From: Amoebophrya sp. A120
Lineage: Eukaryota; Protista; Dinoflagellata
Direction of reading: 5' to 3'
DNA length: 64,000 bases
Assembly (NCBI GenBank): GCA_905178155.1
Contig: CAJINV010000012.1
Span: 802,004 to 866,003, forward strand
The translations under genes and the position numbers were made by a program. Below the pieces are notes generated by a model that ran no database searches, was not told the origin of the DNA, and worked only from the letters and a program-made list of their open reading frames with translations. Below are positions 21,623-33,861 of the stretch, piece after piece (position 1 is the stretch's first letter; each line of letters begins with the position of its first letter).

Positions 21623-24600
21623 CTATTTCCGCAAGTAGAAGATGAGCATGCCGAACACGGTATGCAGTGCAAAAGTATCGCACTCGTATAAATTATGCAT
21701 TACAATAAATTTCCTCAGCATGAGAAATAAAATTTGTAATGTTGATTTACCTTAGGGAAAAGATTTGTAATGCATGATTGCAATACGAGTATCAGATACT
21801 TTTGCACAGGATACACGGAAAAGAACAGCGCCCAGCCGACGAGGAAAACCACCCAGCCGACGCCCGCGCGCATGTATGAGAGTGCACAACTCCACCCCCG
21901 CGCCCTCATTTGTAATGCAAAATACCAAATCCACACCTTGCTCGTAAGCACTGTTAGCATCATCATCATCATCATCATGTAGTGGACACCCGCACCCAGC
22001 GCCACAGGTCAAGGATCCCCTCCCCGGGGGGTGGGCGAGGAAGCACTTTCGGCGACCTCAACATACAAAAGCCGAGCGCTACCACGGCAAGTCGCCCCAA
22101 TAAAAATACCAACCAGTCGGGAGCTACCCACCACACCTGATCAGTACAGCCCGGCCAGCTAGCCGAGCGCGACAGCCCAACATACAGAACGATCCAGGAC
22201 CCGACCCATTTTACGCCTTAAGTTTCTGTTCTCACGGAAGAGACGACGTACCCCTTTGGGCTAAGGGGCGAGACTCTCCCTTAAGCCGCAACCCCACCCA
22301 GACAGGGGAGGCTGGACCATTTGTGCCTTACCTGCGGCACGGACGAAAAAGGCAAGTGCCGCGGACCGGAGATGTCAAACCATTGGCCAGTTGTTTGTCA
22401 CTGCTGACAAATTTTGGAACCTCAAATTATAGTATATAGTATGACAATCCGCATGCAGATTTGTCATGCGAAAGCCCCTTTTGTGCTGTTGCTTGCGTTG
22501 CTGTTCATGCAATTATACAAATGCGGGCGAGGGGGAGTTTGCACTCTCGTAGCATGCCGTCCGACTGCAGAATGGTGAACGGCCAGTAGCTATGGATTGC
22601 AAAAGTGTCTGGGTCTGGAAGATTGCAACTTGTAATGCTGTCTTTGGATTCCAAAAAAATCTGTATTGCATGACCTTATTTACCCCTCAACCACTATACC
22701 CCCTTTACAACCACTACCTCAGGTAGGATCTCGGGGGGGAAGGGTCAAGCCCTAACGGGGGTCGGACCCGAGTGAAACCGTTAGAGTGGCTGCATGTCCT
22801 GGTCGAAACCGGAATTCCAAAAGCACGGTATCGTTTCCAGCGGTAAACCAGGCAACACACGACGAACAGACAAAGACGAGGGACTTGGGCAGAGCAAAGG
22901 GATAGCTGGGGTCTCCTGCAGCTGAAAAATAACGTCGCGATGCGACTGGACTGGGGTCTCCAGCAGTCCACCAAAAAGCCCTAATCTGTATTGCATGACC
23001 AGCAACAGGACTCCAGTTTGTGTTACGCGGAAAGGGCATTTCTCATGCGGAGTAGGCATTAGGAAGCCCTCTAAAAATCTGCGTTGCTAGATTCTGCATT
23101 AGAGGTCTCAATCACCATACAAAATATACATGACAAGTCTGCATTTTTCCAGACCCAGACATTTTTACATTTGATAGTACCCGGCGTCATCGTGGACAAA
23201 ATTCTGCTCGTCAAAGTTGATCGCACGATCGCAGATTTTGCAGCGCATCACCGATTCCCCCTTATCGCACTTGGATTTCAAGTATGAGAGTGCACAAGAC
23301 CTCCCTCGTCTCCCCCTCGTTTATATTGCATGATGAACAGCAATACAACCGTCGGCAAGAATACAGGTTTTGCTGCATGACAAACTTGGACAGGAGTGTA
23401 GTGCTATTTGGGCTCCTGCCAAGACTTCTCATGCAAACAGTGCCAAGCGGCAAGGCGTAAATTAGGTTTTTTGCATGACAAATGAGGGGCAGAGGGGAAC
23501 AAGTTGTGCACTGACATATCAAGTTAAGCGGGACACCAACGCCCTTGTAGGATTCCGTTGCGTACTCGTACTCCGTGGCCGAGCACAGGTTCACGCGGGT
23601 TGCGTACCTAGTATAAGTGGGCGATTTAAACATATTCATTATTGCACTTTTTTTTTTTGAATGCGGGAGGGGATTTCGGCCGCTATGCACTTCAGATCTA
23701 ATTATTAGCGCCGGGTGCAACATGATAAGTAATTCCGTCAGACATTGTTCTGATGCACAAAAAGATTGTTCTGCAGCAAAGCATTCAAGTCCTGCCAGCA
23801 CGTAAGAAGTTTCATCAATCCGAATCCAGCACTTCTATTACCATGCACAATTCCGCTTCACGTCCACATTAGGGATGCTCTCACACAGCGCCTGGCAGTC
23901 CGGCGCATTGTGGTAGGTGAACTCGGCGCAGTCCGTCGTGCCCGGAGCTTATCCTGCGCAAAAGTATCGCACGGCACACGTATTGCAATCATGCATAAAT
24001 TTTTTTCTTGAGGTAAATCAGCATCACAAATTTCATTTCTCATGCTGAGAAAATAATTTGTAATGCATTTGTACGAGTACGATACTTTTGCAATGCATAG
24101 AGCTTCCTTCCTCGCAAAGACCTTAACAAAGGTCGCCGTGGCTCGGCCGAAATAGGTGGAGCCGGCGAAGTTTGCGGCTTCATGGTTCGAGACCTTTTGA
24201 TGTTTGGTACGAAGAACGTGGGAATTAGCAGCGGCTGTCAGTAGCTGCTTGTTATTGCAAAGACAGCTCAGTCATTTATTGGTCGAGCAATTGTTTCTTT
24301 TTGTTCCACAAGTAGAATGCTCCTAAATCTTTGCGAGTAGGACTACACTTCTACCTTCTCAGCTGCTTGCTTCTTGTCCTTAGCCGTCGCGACCGGTAAA
24401 GCTTTCGCAACATCCTCCGTCGAGGACACCCCACCAGCAGCTCCGGTGGACGATGACGGTTTCGGCGGCGCCACGGCACTGGCGCTTAGGGGAGCAAGTA
24501 CCGATGAAGATGGCGGTTTGATATTCTTGAAGTCCAACGGAGCTCCCGCCGTGCTCGGAGAGCGGTCCGTAGTAGAAGCAGATTGAGACGCAGATACTTC

Positions 24601-26509
24601 AATAATTTAAGCAGATTGCCCGGCGCCAGAGAAGCTGCGGCTGCCTTGGCGAGGGCAGGGGAGAGTGCGTCGCCGATCCATCGCACAAGGCGGCCGGCGG
24701 CTTGTAAGAAAACCGGGCGCCACTACTGCAGAGTTAACTCCATCCAACGAAGGTCGACCCCTACACCGCCAGGGGCAAAAAGTTGCCGCGTGACCATGAG
24801 TTTTGATTTTCCAGAAACAACACAACGAAAAAAGGTAGGGCGAAACGTGGCGCGCCTCAAACAAAGACGCAGCCCGTTGGTTGGCTTTGTCGTGGCGCCG
24901 GTGTCCCATGCATGCTCATGCCCTTAGTCTCTCGCGAGTCGCCACCGAGCTCCGGAGCGGAATCCCATGCAGCGGCGCCTGCACGACAGGTGCTACCCTC
25001 GGACAAAAGGCCCGTAACAACGCACGCACCACGCTACATGCGCCTTAAGGTAGGAGCGCAGCCCCACGGCGCCAGTGCGCGCGCGCTATGCCGCATAAGG
25101 AAGGAACCAGACAACCGTGGCGCCCACCTCCTCAGGAATGGCTGAGGAGGTGGGCGCTGTCGTTGCTCTTGCTCCACACTGGGAAAACAAGAAATCCTCG
25201 CCTCCGCGCGGAGGCGTGGCCCACGACTTGCTTCCGAGGCCAATGCTGGATGCAACAAAAAAAAATTCTTCGGCGCGCTGCGCGCGCCGTTCCGAAAATA
25301 AGAAATCGACCCCTCCGCGCGGAGGGGTCGATTTCTTATTTTCGGTTTCTTCGTCCGCCGCTGGCGGCCCAGAAAGAAACAGACCCCTCCGCGCGGAGGG
25401 GGCGGTTTGTTTGATAGCCGGACCACTACCTTTTACCCAGAAAACAAGGATAGTTGGCACTTTCGGAACTTCCGGGTCCTAAAGAAACCGCCCCCTCCGG
25501 GCGGAGGGGCCGGTTTCTTTGTGGGCCGCTAGCGACGCAAGAAGAGGCCGAGCTTTCCTGTCGAACGAAACACGACAGCTCCACTCAACCCTCCACGCGG
25601 AGGGCCTAACTTATTGGCTTTGCGAATTGTTTCCGCGACCTGCGCGCGGAACATTTGTTCGCTTTTCATGCTTTCGCGAAGTGGCGCCGCGTCTCGTGCA
25701 GTGGCTCCTCGCCGCGGCCGCCAGCTGTTTTTTTTTTTATTCCCGGCCACCCTATGAAACGCGCAACACCCCTGCGCCGAAACCTTTGGCGCACGCGAGT
25801 AAAAACGTCGCGGCGGGCTGCTTTGCTTCCGCGGGGCCGCGTGTGCCTCTACGAATGTGCCGCAAAGACTGAAAACGCGACGCCAAATCGTTCGTAAAAC
25901 AGGGCAAGGCAACGCAGGCGCACAAGGTGAGGCTGCATAGCGCAAAAATGAAGATGGAGCACCATCATGGTGAGGCTTAAGAATGCGCCTGCTCCAACAA
26001 AAATACTAGAAGCAGGTCGGAGGGCAACTGGGACAGCAAGACCGAATTTTGTTGGCTGGAGGGGCCGACCGCCCTTCTCAGTCGCCCTCTCTAATATCCC
26101 TATCGGCCCAAGCGAGTGCGTAACCCTCGCGCAAGCGGATTCAGCGGCAAGCTTCTCTAGCATGCAGCCAGGAAGTCATGGGGAGTGCCACCTGGACCTG
26201 CTACCTTGACGATCAACGCTTGACCTTCGTCCTCACAATGCCAAAATGATAAAAAGTGGCAACTTTTGGATCTGCTTAAATTTGCGAAGTATCTGCTACA
26301 ATTTCCTTCTGGTGAGTACTCTTCAACTCCAACGAAGCTCCCGCCGTGCTCGGAGAGCGGCCCGTGGCTGCAGTCTTCTTGACACTCGCACTCTGCTTCA
26401 GCTTTCCCGTGGCTGCCTTCAGAGCTTGGTGCGGAGCAATGGGAGCAACAGCAGAAGCCAGCGAGGGCAACAAGACGAGCGAGCAGGGTACTATTAAACG
26501 GCCGGGCAT
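21623..26509 (-). CDS. Uncharacterised protein with signal peptide, Cys-containing region and C-terminal TM helix
   Basis: MPGRLIVPCSLVLLPSLASA...; ends GMRAGVGWVVFLVGWALFFSVFGMLIFYLRK* after introner removal; interrupted by five introners and a 1.75-kb insert. Confidence 0.65.
21661..21813. mobile_element. Introner family B
   Basis: TSD CACGG. Confidence 0.95.
21875..22551. mobile_element. Introner family C with nested insertion
   Basis: TSD GCATG; family C ends; expanded to 677 bp. Confidence 0.9.
21958..22404 (-). mobile_element. Probable 5'-truncated non-LTR retroposon/SINE with (ATG)n tail
   Basis: Starts with (CAT)7 at a GCAT|GACAA site of the host introner; sequence unrelated to family C siblings. 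Confidence 0.55.
22591..23176. mobile_element. Introner family A with nested 307-bp insert (22676-22982)
   Basis: TSD GTAGC/GTACC; insert flanked by 18-bp duplication AATCTGTATTGCATGACC. Confidence 0.9.
23283..23518. mobile_element. Introner family C
   Basis: TSD TCAAG. Confidence 0.9.
23950..24099. mobile_element. Introner family B
   Basis: TSD GAGCT. Confidence 0.95.
24571..26319. mobile_element. 1.75-kb insert with near-terminal inverted repeats, flanked by 46-bp direct repeats, inside a CDS
   Basis: DR 24525-24570 / 26320-26365 (4 mismatches); IR GCAGATACTTC..AATTTAAGCAGAT at 24590 and reverse complement at 26270-26296. Confidence 0.75.
25292..25345. repeat. Perfect 54-bp palindrome centred on CCTCCGCGCGGAGG
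   Basis: CCGAAAATAAGAAATCGACCCCTCCGC|GCGGAGGGGTCGATTTCTTATTTTCGG; core recurs near 25201, 25385, 25493, 25590. Confidence 0.95.
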
Positions 26510-27433
26510 CTTGATCTTGAATGGCGTGGTGGTTAAACGGAAATCAAATCTGCAAGAACTTGGCAAAACTTCCGGGAAAGAGGATCTCAATCGCCCACGA
26601 TCTTCCTCTTCAATATTTCCGTAATATTTCCCACCGGGGCTACTTTCTGACCATCCGACTCCGAGCTTGATTTAGATTGTGAGACATTGGAACAAACACA
26701 CTTGCAGCTGTGGTTGTTCTTGGTCCGGATAGAAATCGAGATCTATTTCGCGGCTAATATGTCCAAAAAGTAGAAGATCACGATCATGCACGTCCTGTTT
26801 CTCTGAACACAAATCTTCCTAGCGCCCCCAGTTTAGGAGGTCCACTTCCCCACGAAATGGCAAAGAAAGTCCTTGGTTGTGTTTTAGGGGCGCGCTAATA
26901 TTGTAATCGCCAATCAGCAGCTGTATTAAAGACGAGCTGACGAAGATGTCTATGTCATCTTTTCGTATGACATGATGCACATTTAGCCACAAGAGCCATT
27001 TACCAAAAAAAACTTCGTGCAATCGAAACAAAACAAATTTTACAGTAAATGGCCTGCTTGCAGAGCATTTCTAACATGTGGAAAAAGCACGTGTGTACTT
27101 AAATCGGTTTGAAAACTTTATTTTGCAATCTTACAGAACTCACGACGACACCTGGCTGGCTTGAGTAAAATGTAATTTTTAACTTTATTTGATGAAAATT
27201 CTACAACCACCTGCGTCTCCTGTTGAAAAGACTGAACTCAGAGAATGAAATAAAAATTGAATAATGTACAACATCATGCAGAGTGCCAGTGCGGTTTTCT
27301 TGTGTCTATAGTTACAACTGCTAGAAGAGCTTTTCACTTTAAGTTTTTACTACAAGTACAGCAACGTCTTGGAGTAGCTGCGCGATAATGATTTTATATC
27401 TCCAAGAACACCGCACCGCTTCTCACGACCACC

Positions 27434-29901
27434 TTACATTGCCATGCTCTTCCTGGAAATCTCTCTCGCCGTATCGTTCATGCGATCGACCGCCTGGGGC
27501 ACGGCGTCCACCAATCCCAGCGGTGGCTCGAGGAACCGGGAAGTACTATTCACGACCACCTCACTCCCCGCAGTGGCGAAGCGCACGGTCCTGGGAGAGG
27601 ACTGCGGGGGCACAGCCGAATTATTTCCACCTCTCGGACTTTTATTGCCACTGCTGTTTCTCCTATTGCTTGCATTGCCCGCTGCCGATCTTGCTCTGTT
27701 GTCGCTAGAAGTACTGTTCATTACCGGCGCCAGGATGCTCCTGGGTGGCGAGAGCTGTCTTGGGCTACCCGCGGGGGCGTCGGATTTCGTGGATTTGGGC
27801 GGCTCGATGTAGGTGGTCAAACTGGGCACACGGGAGATCTTGTCCCGGCAAGTGGTAACCTGAATTGATTTATGAAGTGGAAACTCATTTTTGATCAACA
27901 CCCGTTTATTTCAAATTCAAAAAATCACTATAGCAAAAACTTCTGGTGTATTCAACAGCATGCACAAGGTGTACCTGGTCCGCCAGATTCCTGGACAGAT
28001 TCGACAATCTGAGCGACTCCCCAAAGTTCACCTGCGCGGTAGCCACGATTCGCCGGGTCTCTTCGTCCACGTTCCCGAAGTTTTTGTTCGCTTCCCACTC
28101 GAACAAGCTCGTCGGGGTTACGATTGGCAGCAGGAATTGGAATATGCCGTGCAAAAGTTAAAAACGCATCGAACTGGTTCTGGTTGTAGGAATTTTTGCA
28201 TCACAATTATTCTTGTTATTGTTTTTCAATGTGAAAAAACAATTTTACGCTTGTCAACATGCTGGATCAGGCAGAAAAATGTTGATGTTGTTGCATGGTT
28301 CAACATAATTAAAAAACATGGTTCCCACTACGAGCACGATAAGCACTGCAACTTTTGCATCGAGGATATGGAAGTCCCAAATGTGGCTCCCCCAGTTTTC
28401 CTCCAACAGATTCTATGAACTGCAAAACAAGTATCGTACTCGTATAAATGCATGACAAATTTCCTCAGCATGAGAAATGCAATTTGTAATGCAAATTTAC
28501 CTCAACAAAAGGATTTGTATTGCATGATTGCAATACGAGTACGATACGTTTGCACAGGATAGATTCTCTTTTCCGGTCACGATCAACGCGTCAGCGCCCG
28601 TTTTGCTCGGAGAGTTCTGTAGTTTCGAGCCAGCTCCACCGGCCCTCGGAGAGGAGCATATGCAATACAAATTTCCCGTACATGTACAAGATGCATTCCA
28701 AATTCCACCAATTTGAAGCGTAAAACTTGTCATGCTAGACTAGGATCGAAGCCACTTTTTGTCATCCAAAGACGTCATGTGTACGTCTACGTGTACGGGA
28801 AATATACTGTGGATAGAGCAGTACACTGGTTTACTGGTTCCCACCGGCGAGGTATCAAATGCAAAAATGTCTGGGTCTGGAAACTTGTGATGCTGGGTGG
28901 AGTATCATGAGGAGGCCACAAGTGCTACCTCAGCATGACAAGTCTCTAAGCTTCTAGGTGTTGCCTATTCTGCATGACAAACTGCGTTTCTGCATGACAG
29001 AAAAGTGGCACTCTGCGGTAACGTGCATGACAGATTTGAGAGTCATGCCAGACAAGCATGACAAACATGCACTCTTCCAGACCCAGACATTTTTACAGTT
29101 GATACGAGGCTACTGTGCGGATCGCGGCAGTATCCACTTCCCGATAAAAGTTGGGCGGGGGGGGCGAGGAGGTGAGAAGTGTTTTATTGTTTTTACTACC
29201 AGCTTATCAAAAGTAAAAATGTCTGGGTCTGGAAACTTGTGATGCTGGGTTTCGCTCATGATGAGGCTACAAATGCTGGCTCAGCATGACAAGTTTTTGA
29301 GCTCCTAGGTGTTGCCTGTTCTGCATGACAAACTGCGCTTCTGCATCACAGAAAAACGAAGCTCTTGGGTAACGTGCATGACAGATTTAAGAGTCATGCC
29401 AGACAAGCATGACAAACATGAATTCTTCCAGACCCAGACATTTTTACAGTTGATACAGCTGCACCTCCTCCGGTTGTTGTAGCTCCGACTCCGCGTGCGG
29501 AAGTTGTGGTCTCCGGGGAACTCGGCGCCGCGTTGTTTTGCTGTTCCTCGTATGCAGTGCAAAAGTACACAATTGCGTTTTATACATTTCAAATCTTTTT
29601 GTTAAGGCAAATCCGCATCACAGATGTACTATGTAATGCTAAGTCAGTCTCAATTCGTAATGCATTTTTACGAGTGCGATACTTTTGCAATTCATACCTC
29701 GATGGTTTTGGCCCTGCCCTTGTTCATCTTCGGAGTTGTGTCTGCGTTCTCGTCGGTCGTGTGATCCACCACAAGCGGAATTTTCTCCGCGGTAGCGTCA
29801 TCGAGATTGTTTGCTGGGGAGCCGCTCTTCTTATCGCCCGAAGCTGCAGCACTGCCACTCGGGGTGGCCGCACTGTCCTGCTTGCTGCCGCCGCAACCCA
29901 T
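27434..29901 (-). CDS. Uncharacterised protein with N-terminal myristoylation/palmitoylation motif
   Basis: MGCGGSKQ start; frame stays open across five consecutive introners when each plus one TSD is removed; 3' exons less certain. Confidence 0.7.
28414..28561. mobile_element. Introner family B
   Basis: TSD GATTC. Confidence 0.95.
28659..28815. mobile_element. Introner family I
   Basis: TSD GAGCA. Confidence 0.95.
28853..29104. mobile_element. Introner family A
   Basis: TSD CGAGG. Confidence 0.95.
29205..29455. mobile_element. Introner family A
   Basis: TSD CAGCT. Confidence 0.95.
29551..29696. mobile_element. Introner family B
   Basis: TSD CCTCG. Confidence 0.9.
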
Positions 29902-30753
29902 CTTCAGTCGTGACGAAGGCTCGTTAGTGGAGGTTCTTGCTGTACTTGTTCTAATTACAGGAGTTTCCTTATTCACGAGCGGAGCAATTAGAAGTTCTAA
30001 ATGTTGGTGGCGGCCCTTTCTTGTTGTATGTCATCTTTACTGAAGGTGATGCAACAAGAAGTAGGAGCAAGATTAATGGTGGTACAACTTGCTAATATGC
30101 AACAGTTCAAGTTTTTGTAATCTCGGAATGACACTTGCCTCCCGACGCCCCACAGTTGTTGTTTGTAATTGTATCCTCCCGGGATACGGATATATGGTGC
30201 CAGAGCCAGTTGCAGTTCTACTTCTCCTTAGGGACAGAATAGTAAGTGATAAGTGAAGTTTGCGTGGTCAAGAAGACCACGAGGTGATGTAAGTAAGTAC
30301 CTAGTTCTGCTGGGCTGTGCTTTTCGTTTTTTGGGTGGTGCCCCCTCACGACATCGAAGAATGTTCACCGATTTGCGAATCGCTGAGCAGGTAGAAAAAA
30401 ACAGGAACGTCTAGTACAGGAGCAATAACGTACACCTACAGCTCCTTGTTGATGTTGGTAAATATTAAAATCACTTGACTACTAGAAGAGGGGGGAAAAC
30501 TAACAAATCGGGTTCTTGTGGTCTGCATGTGGTTGCTGGTACAAGAAGTGCTTCATTTTCCACGCTTATTTTCGCTCGGGATTTCGATTTACATTTAGTT
30601 GTACGAAAAAAACTTGGTTTGCTGTTGGACGTGATTATTCTGCACGAAACAACGACTTCCTTCTGTACGGACACTACACAAATATAATTGAGGGAATAAA
30701 CCGAACGTTGACGATAACATCACGCGCCTTTTCTTGAGCAGCATCTGAACAAG

Positions 30754-31706
30754 ACTGGATACCGCGTCGATTCATTCTGTTCTTGCTAGTGCGCACGACT
30801 TGCTCTACTCGACCTGCTCTTTCGACCTGCTCTTTGCTAGCTTCCGACATGTCTACAGAAATTTTCGCGCTGGTGTGGCCACACCGGGGTAGAAACTTCT
30901 GTAGGGCTGCTCAAAATTACTGCGCGGGGTAGCTAACCGTCGCAGGTAGGACGAGCGTCAAGAGCGACAGAATTTTGCTGATCGGGCAAAATTGTATCTA
31001 TCCGAACGGCTACGCCTACAAATTTCAATCGATCCCCATAAGCCGGAGCAAGGGGATAAGACTCAAGGAATTCGGCCACTGGGCCCCAGTCTCGGCCACT
31101 CTCCTTTACTTTCTTATCTTGCACGCTACTAGTACCTGGTCGATACCTCTCGCAAATTCTTAGCGAGGCAGGGAAGGTCGTCACAAAATTCGGTTTTCAT
31201 CCCGAATGCTTACACTCCCAACACAGAAATATCCCGACGGCAGTAGTTGCGCGGGAAACAGCGGAAACCGATTGCGATGCTCCCATCGCATTGAAGAGCG
31301 GGAATTTTATCTATCAGCAGAGGGGGCGGATGGTTTCACCATCAGCATCTTCAAGCTGAATATGTAGCCAGGCTCGACACCTTGGAGCAATCCAGGTCGC
31401 CTGATCCGGGCTGAGCCTTTTCGTGCCTTCTTTCAAAGCCTAGCACCAGCAGAGGCAACATCTTGCACAGCGGTGCTGATGTCCTTCACGCTGGGCGTGT
31501 TTGGTTCAACTTTTACAACAGATTCGAGACCGACAAATCTGGTTCGAAAACAGAGCGCGCTACTTCTGACACTTTTCTTGCGTCAGAATTCTTCATCAAT
31601 CTCAGAGCCTCAGCTGCGAGTCTGGTTGCTGCGCAATAACTGGAGACCGCGTCGATTCATTCTGTTCTTGCTAGTGCGCACGACTTGCTCTACTCGACCT
31701 GCTCTT
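30754..31706. repeat. 68-bp direct repeats flanking an 817-bp insert
   Basis: 30754-30821 and 31639-31706, one mismatch; short partial re-copy TCGACCTGCTCTT right after the first repeat. Confidence 0.9.
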
Positions 31707-32024
31707 CTTGTTCTTTTTTCACGCAAGGTCGAATTTGACTTGGAGGAACACTTGTTCTGGATAAATGGCAGGGCGCAAAATGGCAGGGCGCAGCCCAGAG
31801 TCAGGTCTCGAGACGATGAAGATAGTTGTATGCACAACATAATATCAGTGACTTTCTAGTAAGTACATCGGTTCAACAGCTGCAGCCTAGGCGTACGCGT
31901 TCCGGTGTACTAGTAACCGGACAAATAAGGAGCGCCACCTGCTGCTGTCCGAGTTCGTTCTTGCATCTGGGTAACTAGAACTACGTGTGTACCAATTATC
32001 TCGTGCTTCTATGATTACGGACGT

Positions 32025-33152
32025 GGTAGATTCAGTGAAAACTTCTCCTTCATCAGTTTTGTCCTAATCAAAACAGCCTTTGTATCACAAGAAAAAGCGT
32101 ACACGTACACGGTTTTGCCTTTTTCCGAACAAAAATTTTTTGTGTGCTCCCTCGAGGCGTTCACTTGTGTCAGTGAAAGCATTCGCTACGAAGTTCGCTA
32201 GATTGGGAGCCTGGCACAGCTGGCGCACCTAGAGCACACGGTCCGAAGGTCATAGCGAAGGTCCAGCAGAAAGGGGAAAGAAGCAACCGAGTCAGCTGCC
32301 CAACGCTCCTGGTCTCGTCTCAGGGCGGCGCAAAAAAGGCCGAGAAGGCCAGGAGCTGTCGTTCTAGCGCCTAGAGGCGGGCCGCCGGTGGCTCCTGCAA
32401 CCTGCGACCCAGGTTCTCCCTTCGCCGAGGATCAAAGCCACCCAACAAACCGCCGCCACCATCAAAACAGGTGACGGGCCTCCTTTTGGAGAGGTAAACG
32501 GGCCATGCCATGCAGTCTGGAGATGATGTACACGGTTTTTCTTGGGGTCAAGAAAATCCGCAGAAAAAGAGGCAAATTTATCTGAATTTTGAGTGTGAAA
32601 TCGCGCACCATCAAAAAACCCTGTACATCGCATCCAACCTGCGTGGTATGATGGATGTGCACGGTCTGCGAAGTGGTCGGGTCCGGAGACAGACGCTCTG
32701 AACCGTGTACATCGGCCATACCATGCAGTCTAGATGCGATGTACACGGTTTTTGTGGGCCCTTTTCGAATTTTGTCGCAAGTTTACCACTTTTGAAACCG
32801 TGTACATGGACCATAGCATGGTAGTTAGGTTCCATGTACACGGTTTTTGGCCAATCTGAAAAATTTGGCCTTGGAGGTATGCAAAAAATTGCGTTTTTCC
32901 GGACATCCGAAATTTGGAAACTTTCCCAGATCTCGGAACACAACACAGCCAGACGAACCTGCCGAGAAATCTGAAGCAGTTCGGCTCCCGCCCAAACAAT
33001 ATTCCGCAGCCCCCATCAATGTTTCCGACCCCAAACACAGCCTGGCGGGTGGGGGTGGAGTGTTCATGGCGGTGGGACACTGTCGGGCATTGGAGGTAGA
33101 TTCAGTGAAAACTTCTCCTTCATCAGTTTTGTCCTAATCAAAACAGCCTTTG
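32025..33152. repeat. 58-bp perfect direct repeats flanking a 1012-bp transposon-like insert
   Basis: GGTAGATTCAGTGAAAAC...AACAGCCTTTG at 32025-32082 and 33095-33152. Confidence 0.95.
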
Positions 33153-33218
33153 CTTCCATTTTGCCCAGCAGTCTGGTTGCATATATATATATAGTAATTC
33201 CTTCGGCCCCTAGTAAGG

Positions 33219-33474
33219 TATGGATTGCAAAAATGTCTGGGTCTGGAAAGATGCCAGGTTTGGCGTGCTCTGCTAGCATGACTGTCAAGTCTGTCACGCA
33301 AGGTGCCCGAAAGCGCCACTTTTGTGTCATGCAAAAACCCAGTTTCTCATGCAGAATAGGCAACACCTAGCGACTCAAAAACCTGTCATGCTGAGCCGTC
33401 AACATTTCTGGCGTTCTCTTGATTCGCCAACCAGCATCACAAGTTTCCAGACCCAGACATTTTCGCAGCTGATA
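33219..33474. mobile_element. Family A element in apparently intergenic position
   Basis: TSD TAAGG. Confidence 0.9.
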
Positions 33475-33861
33475 TAAGGGTGGCCAATACAACCATCCAG
33501 GAGGATTCCGATTGTTTTCGTTTTTCAAAATGATCTCACAAAACCTGCCACCTCTAGATGTTGTCGTTTGTTCAGGATGGTCACACGGAACCGCTTCCAT
33601 CTTGAAAGGTGTTCTCTCATCTCATGCGTCTAGCGCTATTTCAGTAAAAAAGGAAAACTTGGCGAAGCATCTTTGGCTCCCACCTTAGAAAAATCAACTG
33701 CTGCCGAGAACGAGAAAAAATTTTATTTGATAGGAAGACTAAGACAGAGCCTGCTACTGGACAAAAATAAAATAGTTGCTACTGAAGTTTTCAAAAGGTT
33801 GCGCGTACTAGTAAAGCTGTTGCTGACGGTAAAAAGTGTAGTCTTTTAAAATCTATCGGGT

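Noticed and set aside
22130-22180. Hammerhead-like CTGATCAG in the nested insert
   Set aside because: Lacks the CUGAUGA and GAAA core and consistent stems.
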